This document shows, piece by piece, positions 13,975 to 21,382 of a DNA stretch of 21,382 bases (the first letter of the stretch is position 1; each line of letters opens with the position of its first letter). Position numbers and translations under genes: made by a program. The notes under the pieces were generated by a model. That model was not told the origin of the DNA. It searched no databases and worked only from the letters and a program-made list of their open reading frames with translations. Origin of the DNA: a virus (lineage: Duplodnaviria; Heunggongvirae; Uroviricota; Caudoviricetes); the IMG/VR virus record IMGVR_UViG_3300023697_000634; one strand, 5' to 3'.

Positions 13975-14126
13975 GATTTCTCACTATTTTAGGCGCTTGG
14001 GTGGTGATTTTCCCCATAAAGGTGGCAGTTTTACTAATAGAATTCATTAGCTATGCAATAACGCTGCCTGCCCAAGTTTGGAGTGATTTGGAAGAGATCC
14101 TGGATGAGATACATAGAAGTGGGTAG
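13971..14126 (+). CDS. 51-aa membrane peptide with TTG start (absent from track)
   Basis: TTGA overlap with the gp41 stop and AAAGG RBS. MRFLTILGAWVVIFPIKVAVLLIEFISYAITLPAQVWSDLEEILDEIHRSG. Confidence 0.55.
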   Translation: MRFLTILGAWVVIFPIKVAVLLIEFISYAITLPAQVWSDLEEILDEIHRSG

Positions 14127-14151
14127 TTCAGCAACTCACTGATAGGTACGT

Positions 14152-14646
14152 ATGAGAAGATGTAGGAAGCCTAAAATGGATCTCGAAATAACAGGAATCA
14201 AATCCAAACGCGAGCGTGTTATCATAGAAGACGCAATGACGTTTTACCTTTGCAAACTCCTTCCTCATAGGATTACTAAATCTCTAGTTATAGACCTAGC
14301 TTTCAGCAAAAAGCTGGATGATGATGCAGACGGATACTGCATGGTTACTGGATATAACACCAAGAAACGCGCTCGTGAGTTTGAAATCGATGTCCAAAAC
14401 AATCCATCGATGAGATATAAGCTGATGACGCTTGCACATGAATGTGTACATCTCAAACAATATGCACTCGGCGAAATCGACGAAAAGATGAACACCTGGA
14501 AAGGTGCCAGAATATCCAATTCAGTGGATTACTGGGATTCTCCATGGGAAATCGAAGCACATGGTCGTGAGCGCGGCCTCTATATACGTTTTTGTGAAGC
14601 ATATGGCCTCAAATTCCCAATCACCCAAAAAGAACGCGACGCGTAA
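14152..14646 (+). CDS. Zincin/SprT-like metallopeptidase
   Basis: AHECVHLKQ (HExxH) and downstream PWEIEA. Start may be ATG 14176. Confidence 0.85.
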   Translation: MRRCRKPKMDLEITGIKSKRERVIIEDAMTFYLCKLLPHRITKSLVIDLAFSKKLDDDADGYCMVTGYNTKKRAREFEIDVQNNPSMRYKLMTLAHECVHLKQYALGEIDEKMNTWKGARISNSVDYWDSPWEIEAHGRERGLYIRFCEAYGLKFPITQKERDA

Positions 14647-14680
14647 GACGTTTAGGTTAGTATCACTTGAGCCAGTCCAT

Positions 14681-14857
14681 ATGAAGGATTGGATAGTGCA
14701 ATCAAATGTACTTAATAACGTGACTATATGCATAATTCTATACAATGTAGTTACATTTCAGTGTATTATTAGGTATTTTCGCGATGAAGTAGAAGCACAT
14801 ATGTTTTTTACGGACGTCATTCACGGTAGCGGCGATCCGCTTTCTGACGAATATTGA
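14681..14857 (+). CDS. Small hypothetical protein (start uncertain)
   Basis: 3' part of track ORF 14504..14857. First ATG after the upstream stop is 14681, and the frame is open back through ACG 14639. Confidence 0.6.
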   Translation: MKDWIVQSNVLNNVTICIILYNVVTFQCIIRYFRDEVEAHMFFTDVIHGSGDPLSDEY

Positions 14858-14861
14858 GTAT

Positions 14862-14869
14862 TATAAATA
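14862..14869 (+). promoter_or_regulatory. T4-type late promoter
   Basis: Perfect TATAAATA at the start of the virion-like gene block. Confidence 0.85.
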
Positions 14870-14914
14870 GATTACTATCAGTAACAGGCTACGGCAAACC
14901 TGAACAGGAATCAA

Positions 14915-15952
14915 ATGAAAAAAGAGAAAATCCCACCAGGGAAGCAAAAGGCTGCCCCTGCGTCTAAGACGACCAAGCAAAAGGCCGGCACCACGCTGCT
15001 CGGAACCCCTGCTGACACCGTTGTCGTCAACCCAGAAGATAAAAGAATAAACGAAAAAGTTGTCAACATGACAACTCGCATGCATCGTGCTGTTTCGGCA
15101 CGTAAGAATAAGTCGCGTCTTTCCCGCGCTCGCGAACTTGCACGTCGCCGTCTAGCGAAAGCTCCAGCACTTTCCCGTCGTTCTATGAAAAGAGCGAAAA
15201 ACATCCTCCGCGCACGTTTAGCTGGCCAGGCTGGCAAGAACTACAGCAATCTAACTGTATCACAAAAGATTGCCATCGATAAGATGGTCGATCGTAAAAA
15301 GGGCGCCATTAAGAAGATTGCGTTGAAGATCGCTCCAAGAATCAAGGGCGATGAGATGCGCAGATTGCAAGCTGCAACGGCTGGCAAGAGTTACAAAACA
15401 TCCACACTGGTAGTATCATCATTCCAACAACTCGCTCACGATATGTTGACTGAAAAGGAAACAAAAGCGATTATGGAAAAGGCACAAGCATCTGGCTTCA
15501 ATTACGAAACGCTGCTTGCAGTGTTCAGTCGCGGGAAGACAGCATTCAAAAATGCCGACACTGCACCAGGCAAGACGCCAAGCCAATATGCGTTCGATAG
15601 ATTGAATTCGTATATTAACGGCGGCAAGGCATTCAAAGAAGACCTAGATCTACACGAACAAAAGAAACCGACAATCAAAGATATCCTAGCAAGAGGGATG
15701 CATACTGCTCGCAATATTGAAAAAGTAGAGCCAAATAGTATTGCGCCCGTCCAGCCAGCATCACAACACGCCGCTCATATCAAGGACACAAATGACGATC
15801 CTGAGGTCGTGAAAAAGAGAAAGCGTGCTGATGTGATTCGTCGCAAAACAACAGAGTATGTCCGCAAGGTTGTCGAATCGAGAGGCACGAGAGACACAAC
15901 GAGCCCGCACCTAATCGAATCAATTACAGCATTAGTTAAGAAAGTAAAATAA
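14915..15952 (+). CDS. Basic late protein: Arg/Lys-rich helical region plus DUF5824-like domain
   Basis: CAGGA RBS; RARELARRRLAK...IDKMV region; KAQASG..L.AVFSRG...QYAFDRLNSYING segment. Family called from recall. Confidence 0.75.
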   Translation: MKKEKIPPGKQKAAPASKTTKQKAGTTLLGTPADTVVVNPEDKRINEKVVNMTTRMHRAVSARKNKSRLSRARELARRRLAKAPALSRRSMKRAKNILRARLAGQAGKNYSNLTVSQKIAIDKMVDRKKGAIKKIALKIAPRIKGDEMRRLQAATAGKSYKTSTLVVSSFQQLAHDMLTEKETKAIMEKAQASGFNYETLLAVFSRGKTAFKNADTAPGKTPSQYAFDRLNSYINGGKAFKEDLDLHEQKKPTIKDILARGMHTARNIEKVEPNSIAPVQPASQHAAHIKDTNDDPEVVKKRKRADVIRRKTTEYVRKVVESRGTRDTTSPHLIESITALVKKVK

Positions 15953-16500
15953 TGGAAGAACTTATCAAGAAAATGAATGAGCTGCACGCAACAACGTTTG
16001 CGTTGTATTTGAAATCGCATGGGTTCCACTGGAATGTACGTGGCCGCATGTTTGCAATGTACCACGACTTCTTTGGTGACTTCTATGACGAAGTGTATGG
16101 ATCGGTCGACCGTACTGCTGAGGAAATTCGCGCGTTGGGTGGCAATCCAGTAGCAGGACTGATGGCGATTAGAGACATTTCTCGTGTATCGGATGCTCCT
16201 TCTGCTATACTTTCAGCCGATCAAATGATTTCAACGTTGTACTATGACAATCAATTGGTTATCGATTGCTTGATGGAGGCACACTCTGTTGCCGAATCAC
16301 AAAAGGCATTCGGCTTGATCAATTACATCGAAGAACGTCTTGATGCACACAAGAAGCATGCCTGGCAGTTGAGCTCTAGTATGGATTCCGCTCCTGTTGC
16401 AGAGCAAGTAACACAAGAAGCTATCATCGAAGAATCGGTGCAACGACCAGCAACACTTACGGAAGAAGTGAAAACATACTTCCTTAATCCGAAACAATAA
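15952..16500 (+). CDS. dps: Dps/ferritin-like protein with acidic C-terminal extension
   Basis: HGFHWNVRG, YH, VDRTAEEIRALG, HKKHAWQL; TAATG coupling. Confidence 0.93.
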   Translation: MEELIKKMNELHATTFALYLKSHGFHWNVRGRMFAMYHDFFGDFYDEVYGSVDRTAEEIRALGGNPVAGLMAIRDISRVSDAPSAILSADQMISTLYYDNQLVIDCLMEAHSVAESQKAFGLINYIEERLDAHKKHAWQLSSSMDSAPVAEQVTQEAIIEESVQRPATLTEEVKTYFLNPKQ

Positions 16501-16503
16501 ATA
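16496..16503 (+). promoter_or_regulatory. Late promoter variant
   Basis: AATAAATA about 30 nt before ATG 16534. Confidence 0.5.
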
Positions 16504-16533
16504 ATACAACATTTCAATTAACAGGAAACAACA

Positions 16534-18069
16534 ATGAATCACTTCAATCTACCAAAAGGTCTTCTCGATTCCGTCAGCAAAGTTATGAAGGAAACAAAGG
16601 TTGATAATACGCCTTTGCAAGAGAAGCTTATCCAAGGCAACCAAGCTGCCGTCAAGTCGACTACCGACTTCGATAAAGCAGTTGCATCCGTCGTTGCTGA
16701 AGGTCGTAAGAAAGCTGCTCAAGATCAAGCTAAGTTCTTCGAAGCATCTGTTGCTGCTCATAAGGGCATGGGCAAATCGATCGCTGAAAGCACAACAGTA
16801 GAAGTTAAGGCTTCTGAGTGTATTATCGCTGAAAGCGCATTTGCTGAAATCGCAACTCGCATGAAGAACATCGGTACAGCTCGTCGTATGCAAAGCATGA
16901 CAGAGCAAAAAGAAACAATTGCTCAAATGACACGTACATTTGCTGCCTCGTTCGATCAAGTAATCGAAGCTAATTTGTCTGCAGAAGTTCTCGCAGACAA
17001 AGAAGTCAGTGAAGCTATCAACGAAGTTAAGGCTGAAATCCGCACACAAATGTTGAACGCGGTTAACGTAGCAAATGCAGCACGTGTTGTTGACGAGTCG
17101 GCAAAGATTGTCGCTATGTTGGAAGCTAAGGGCGCAATGAAGAAGAAATCTGATTCATGTACAGACCCATATGAAGTTGGCAATCTAAAGACTCGTCACA
17201 CCAAGACTGGTTCTGATGCTGTCGACGAAGCTAAGAAGCTCGATCCAATCGGCAAAGAAGATGATGACGTCAACAACGATGGCAAGGTTGATAGCTCCGA
17301 TTCTTATTTGAAGAATCGTCGTAAATCAATCGCTAAGAACATCAAGGAAGATCAAGTCGAAGAGGGTAAGGTTCTCGACACACTCAAGAAGGTTGGTAAG
17401 AAGGCGCTTGAAACTCTCGGCCATGGCTCTGACGAAGACCTCCGCAAGGATCTTCAAAAGAAAATGGGTGCTAAGCCAGAACAACAGCATGGCAAGAAAA
17501 GCATGGCTACATACAACGAAGAGGTTGAACAGCTGGATGAGCTTGGTCGCACAACGCTGACTAACTATGTCACGAAAGTCGCTAACCAACGCGGCGCTCA
17601 AGCTGGTTCACGCACAGCCGGCTTATTGGCTGCTGCTAAAAAGCTTCGTGCAATGAAGAAAAAGCCTGTTGTTGCTGAAGACATCGAGCAGATCGACGAG
17701 AAAGACATTGGCAAGCACAATAACGCTACTACTGGCTTCAAAGCTATGGTCAAAAAACTAACACCAAAGTATGGCGCAGAAGGTGCTGCTAAAATTGCCG
17801 GTGCTGAGAAGAAAAAAGTAATGGGCGAAGAAGTTGAACAGGTAGAAGAAGAGCGTTCTACAGGTACAGTGTTTGATGCCAAGGTTGCTGCTGAATTCAA
17901 AAAGAAGAAGCCAGGCGAAAGCGCAGGCTTCGATTCCAAGAAGACGTCCACTGGTACTGTGTATAACAGAAAGCCAAAGAAGGAAGATGAAGAAGTGAAA
18001 GAAGGCGTTGAGTTGTCTGCTGAAGAAGCAGAACGCATCGCTCAAATCGCTAAGGACTTGGGCCTGTAA
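16534..18069 (+). CDS. Putative internal head/core protein, Glu-punctuated, with EF-hand-like loop
   Basis: CAGGA RBS; repeated EEVEQLDE/EDIEQIDE/EEVEQVEE linkers; DVNNDGKVDSSD. Confidence 0.75.
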   Translation: MNHFNLPKGLLDSVSKVMKETKVDNTPLQEKLIQGNQAAVKSTTDFDKAVASVVAEGRKKAAQDQAKFFEASVAAHKGMGKSIAESTTVEVKASECIIAESAFAEIATRMKNIGTARRMQSMTEQKETIAQMTRTFAASFDQVIEANLSAEVLADKEVSEAINEVKAEIRTQMLNAVNVANAARVVDESAKIVAMLEAKGAMKKKSDSCTDPYEVGNLKTRHTKTGSDAVDEAKKLDPIGKEDDDVNNDGKVDSSDSYLKNRRKSIAKNIKEDQVEEGKVLDTLKKVGKKALETLGHGSDEDLRKDLQKKMGAKPEQQHGKKSMATYNEEVEQLDELGRTTLTNYVTKVANQRGAQAGSRTAGLLAAAKKLRAMKKKPVVAEDIEQIDEKDIGKHNNATTGFKAMVKKLTPKYGAEGAAKIAGAEKKKVMGEEVEQVEEERSTGTVFDAKVAAEFKKKKPGESAGFDSKKTSTGTVYNRKPKKEDEEVKEGVELSAEEAERIAQIAKDLGL

Positions 18070-18070
18070 T

Positions 18071-19108
18071 ATGAAAAAGTTCAATCAATTCTCGAATGAG
18101 CAGATTGATGAGATTACCATGAGTGATGGTGAATATGCACGCGGCGTGGAAAGTTACGGCAAGCGCGCAACGAATTTGCTGAAGCACTCATGGTCTCAGA
18201 GCGACGCTGCCAAAGAAAAAGAAAAGGCCGGTGATAAAGAAGGTGCTGCAAAGACGCAAGCAAACTCATCACGTGCTCATAAGTTATTCTTAAAGGCAAA
18301 AGAACGCCATCTCCGAGATCCAGAACGCGCAGAAGCGTATCGTAAAAAGATCATGTCTGGTGCATCACAAGACTACAAAGATCAAGAAAAGAAACGTGGT
18401 ATTGGCCACGTTCGTGATTCTGTTGAGCTCAGCGGCAACGCAATCAATGAAATCAGCAAACAACTGAGAGACCGCTATGTTCAACGTGCTGTAACTGCTC
18501 ATGGTGGCTACAATATGGCTCGCCGCAACACAACTGGTGATGAGAAGAAGCACTGGGAACGCAAAGAAAAGAATACCCAGACTGGTATCTCTCGTGCGTT
18601 GAGCGATAAGCGTCTTGCAAAAGAAGAAAGCAGCGATGCTTGCCGAGTGTGTGGACAGACTCCGTGCAATTGTACACATATCAACGAAGTGTCTAAGAAG
18701 GTGTTGGGTTCATATATCAGTAAAGCAATCGACGACAAAGAGATGCATGCAACCGCATCGTCTTTTGTGGCTGGCCGCCATGGCACCAACCCATACAACG
18801 ACGCTGAAACATCTAAGCGCGAATCAAATCGCGCTGCCGGTATCAAGAAGGCGCTAGCACGTCTTACGAAAGAAGATATCGAACAACAGTCCAAAGAAAA
18901 TGTCAACGAGTTGAAAGTTTCTACGTTGCTGCGTTATACTACTAAAGCCAATAAGTCTGCACTAAAACACGACACTATAGCAACACGCTCTAGAGACGAA
19001 GGTGATATGGACGCATGGGCTAAGCACGCCACGAAGGCAGATAAACGCGATAAAGGTATCCGCGTTGCTTCCTTCAAAATGCACAAACAATTAAACAAGG
19101 GCAAGTGA
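18071..19108 (+). CDS. Putative internal head polyprotein with CTS-like N-terminus
   Basis: ATG 18071 gives MKKFNQFSNE. Repeated [IV][DN]E[ILV]-x-L-x-Y modules; CRVCGQTPCNC. Confidence 0.75.
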   Translation: MKKFNQFSNEQIDEITMSDGEYARGVESYGKRATNLLKHSWSQSDAAKEKEKAGDKEGAAKTQANSSRAHKLFLKAKERHLRDPERAEAYRKKIMSGASQDYKDQEKKRGIGHVRDSVELSGNAINEISKQLRDRYVQRAVTAHGGYNMARRNTTGDEKKHWERKEKNTQTGISRALSDKRLAKEESSDACRVCGQTPCNCTHINEVSKKVLGSYISKAIDDKEMHATASSFVAGRHGTNPYNDAETSKRESNRAAGIKKALARLTKEDIEQQSKENVNELKVSTLLRYTTKANKSALKHDTIATRSRDEGDMDAWAKHATKADKRDKGIRVASFKMHKQLNKGK

Positions 19109-20034
19109 TGAAAAAATTAACAGATATCGTAGAAGTCAAAAGCACGCTTCATCCAAACGCATTGCATGTTAGTCCAGTAAAGGTTGACGGACAAACGAAA
19201 TACAAAGTCAAGGCAGTTGGTAAGAAATTTGCTGATGGTATTAAGGTTGGTGAGCATCTAACAGATACACATCTTGATGATTGTACTGAAATGGGTTGCA
19301 AAATCAAACACATCAAAGAAGAAGCTGAGCAGATCGATGAAATCTCTACAGGCAAGCTACTAGACTATGTGTCTGCTGCATCGCGTGATGTTGGGCGCAG
19401 AATCGAAAAGAACGAACCTGGCATCGAACCATTCAAAAAGACGCTGAAGCGTTCTGGTAAGATTGGCCGTGCAATGGGCGAGCTCAAGTATAGAGCCGCC
19501 AAGAAGACTACAAATGAAGAAGTTGAATTGCAAGAAGGCGAAGAAGCTGCTGCGCAATTCCAAAAGTATCACGAAGATACTGCCAAGTTATTGAAGAATA
19601 TCAACTCTGGTTTGAGCAAGCACTTCGATAAAGTGACGAACCCAAAGGGCGTCAATGGCGGCCAAGCGCACTGGGGCCATGTTGGTGATATTAAGAGTCT
19701 CCACCGTGACCTGCAAGATGTCCACGATCGCATTCTCCAAACAGGTGAGTATGCCAATCCAGAAGTTAAAGCAGTCAAAGAATCTGTTGAACCAGAAGCA
19801 GACATGAACATCTTGGTTCAGTTGAGAAAACCAGTTGACATCCTCGAGCACGGCACGCAAGGTGGCGCAGATGTTACGTTTGGTGATGGTGAGACCGTTT
19901 TCATCGAAGGTGAAGTTGCTAAGAAGCTCGTAGAGTCGATTGAAGCAATCAAACCAGAGGACAGAGTGAAAGTTGCGGAGTTTCTATATCAATCGCACGA
20001 TAATTTAATGGCTGTTTTCGCCCGTCTAAAGTAA
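19105..20034 (+). CDS. Putative internal head protein
   Basis: GTGA/TGATG overlap (alternative start 19108); EQIDEISTGKLLDYVSAA module; HWGHVGD; C-terminal NILVQLRK domain. Confidence 0.75.
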   Translation: MMKKLTDIVEVKSTLHPNALHVSPVKVDGQTKYKVKAVGKKFADGIKVGEHLTDTHLDDCTEMGCKIKHIKEEAEQIDEISTGKLLDYVSAASRDVGRRIEKNEPGIEPFKKTLKRSGKIGRAMGELKYRAAKKTTNEEVELQEGEEAAAQFQKYHEDTAKLLKNINSGLSKHFDKVTNPKGVNGGQAHWGHVGDIKSLHRDLQDVHDRILQTGEYANPEVKAVKESVEPEADMNILVQLRKPVDILEHGTQGGADVTFGDGETVFIEGEVAKKLVESIEAIKPEDRVKVAEFLYQSHDNLMAVFARLK

Positions 20035-20036
20035 AC

Positions 20037-20044
20037 CATAAATA
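20037..20044 (+). promoter_or_regulatory. Late promoter variant
   Basis: CATAAATA upstream of the 20078 gene. Confidence 0.55.
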
Positions 20045-20077
20045 ACAATAATAACAATAATTCTTAGGAGAAAACTC

Positions 20078-20917
20078 ATGGCACTATGGGGAAAAAACGA
20101 CAACGCTGCTAACAGCATGTTGTATGTACAAAGTCAAGTAAAGCAAACAGCAAACAGCTCTAACCAAACTGCACTGTTCGGTAACACTTCTGCTTGGTAT
20201 GGCAAATCTACTGGCAAGCAAGTTGCTGGCGTTTTCGGTGTAGATGGTGCTGAAGCACGTACTACATCTGGTGGTGTTGCTATCGCTAAAATCTCGAAAG
20301 GTGGCTCTGGATATACTGCCAATGCTACTGTTACCATTACACCAACTAATGGTGGTACGGGCGCTGTAGCAAACGGTAACGTTGCTGTTGGGCGTGTTGC
20401 AACATTCAATATTGAGAACGCTGGTTCTGGTTACAAGACAAACCCAACAATCACATTCTCTGCACCATCAGCTATCGTGTTTAACGGCAACACTGCAGTG
20501 ACAGGCGGCGCAATCACACTGGCTAGTGCCAATACTAAGTTCTTGGCTGGTGACAAATTGACCTATGCCGGCAACACTCTGTCCACACCAGTCGGTTTGA
20601 CGGATAATACTACATACTACGTTTCTTTTGCTAACACAACAGTTATCAAGTTGGCTGCTACTCTAGGTGGTGCTAACATTGCAATCACTGCAGCTGCTGG
20701 TGATACCACTACTGCTGGCGGCGCTACGCTAACTGGCGAAACTGCAACAGGTTATGTCGCAGTCGGCGGTGGTGAAAACAAAGGCGTAACTGCAGGTTGG
20801 AACCTACGTACTGCTGGTACGGGTGGTCGTGCAGGTCGTGTGCAAAACGAGTGCTTGGTTGCTATGCGCACAATGGCTGGTGATGCATCGGACGATTCTA
20901 TCCTCCCAGACGCATAA
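20078..20917 (+). CDS. Virion structural protein (MALWG...GRVQxExLVA type)
   Basis: AGGAG RBS; Gly/Thr/Ala-rich beta pattern with GSGY repeats; C-terminal GW...GGRAGRVQNECLVA. Confidence 0.75.
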   Translation: MALWGKNDNAANSMLYVQSQVKQTANSSNQTALFGNTSAWYGKSTGKQVAGVFGVDGAEARTTSGGVAIAKISKGGSGYTANATVTITPTNGGTGAVANGNVAVGRVATFNIENAGSGYKTNPTITFSAPSAIVFNGNTAVTGGAITLASANTKFLAGDKLTYAGNTLSTPVGLTDNTTYYVSFANTTVIKLAATLGGANIAITAAAGDTTTAGGATLTGETATGYVAVGGGENKGVTAGWNLRTAGTGGRAGRVQNECLVAMRTMAGDASDDSILPDA

Positions 20918-20920
20918 TAA

Positions 20921-21250
20921 ATGACTATTAATCGCGCGAAGAAGATTTCAGAGTTGGTGGCGACGACGTCACCTTCTTCTGATGATTTGTTGGTGATCGT
21001 AGATTCACCTTCAAGTAACGCAGTCACCAAAAAAGTGACTGTCGGTGACTTGTTGAGCAACAGTACTGCAAACGTTGTAGTAAGCAACAATGCAGTACTG
21101 TCTGCTAAGAATATGATCAACCGCCGTAAAGAGACTCCTGTTACATCTGCAACGCAAGATCCAGCAGGCACACTCTTTTTTGATGATAATTATCTCTACA
21201 TCGCTACATCTAATGGTACGTTGAAGAGGGTTCCACTAAGCTCATTCTGA
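20921..21250 (+). CDS. Small fiber/baseplate-like structural protein
   Basis: KKISELV...DDLLVIVD...TKKVTVGDL and C-terminal GTLFFDDNYLYIA...LKRVPL, motifs seen in tail-fiber-type proteins. Confidence 0.7.
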   Translation: MTINRAKKISELVATTSPSSDDLLVIVDSPSSNAVTKKVTVGDLLSNSTANVVVSNNAVLSAKNMINRRKETPVTSATQDPAGTLFFDDNYLYIATSNGTLKRVPLSSF

Positions 21251-21254
21251 TATT

Positions 21255-21382
21255 ATGACTGACAAGGTTGACGAGACCAATTTTTTATTGTACGCAGCGA
21301 AACACTACGACAACCCACATTGTTATGATACTGTTGAGTTTTATGAAGACCTGAACAGATTCAAGTACATCAAGCGATTGCT
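21255..21382 (+). CDS. Conserved T4-superfamily hypothetical protein (partial, runs off window)
   Basis: MTDKVDETNFLLYAAKHYDNPHCYDTVEFYEDLNRFKYIKRL; open to the window end. Confidence 0.8.
   Translation, partial: MTDKVDETNFLLYAAKHYDNPHCYDTVEFYEDLNRFKYIKRL

Noticed and set aside
13975-14100. Long irregular RNA hairpin (GCTTGGGT/GCCCAAGT, GGCAGT/GCTGCC, TCACT/AGTGA) as an ncRNA or degenerate tRNA
   Set aside because: The interval is fully occupied by a coupled TTG-start ORF, there is no T-arm, and the pairing relies on many G-U pairs. It may be only mRNA structure.
20041-20061. AATAACAAT tandem repeat (about 2.3 copies)
   Set aside because: It is a short low-complexity leader, probably slippage or a translational enhancer, and not a CRISPR or iteron array.
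1850-21171. Long minus-strand ORFs such as 2471..3181, 3986..4510, 16549..17049 and 20752..21171
   Set aside because: They are antisense shadows of clearly identified + strand genes, with no motifs or RBS support.

Overview
This is a window of a T4-like (Tevenvirinae-related) myophage genome, with all supported genes on the + strand. A Burkholderiales-type host is tentatively inferred from host-like accessory genes. Order: (1) 1-1362, end of a tRNA cluster with 8 tRNA genes (Val x2, Thr x2, Asn, three CAT tRNAs, some non-canonical), preceded by two circularly permuted tRNA-like modules embedded in a larger nested RNA structure. (2) ~1400-1715, a GNRA-rich structured RNA behind its own sigma70-type promoter, then a TROVE/Ro60-like vWA protein and an RNase H-like (DUF458-type) protein. 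(3) A stress operon with a ROSE-like thermometer leader, phasin-like ORF, Hsp20, DUF3563-like ORF and GNAT. (4) Sm-like protein and metallophosphoesterase. (5) Replication genes gp43, uvsX and gp41 with small hypotheticals. (6) From a T4 late promoter at 14862, a late/virion region with a basic protein, Dps, three Glu-punctuated repeat proteins resembling protease-processed internal head proteins, and structural proteins. The best candidate for an undescribed system is the permuted tRNA-mimic RNA plus structured leader RNA plus Ro60-like protein plus RNase H-like nuclease, possibly a phage Ro/Y-RNA-like RNA-handling module. All RNA structures were derived by manual base-pairing and all protein family calls from recalled motifs. 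No database search or folding program was run.
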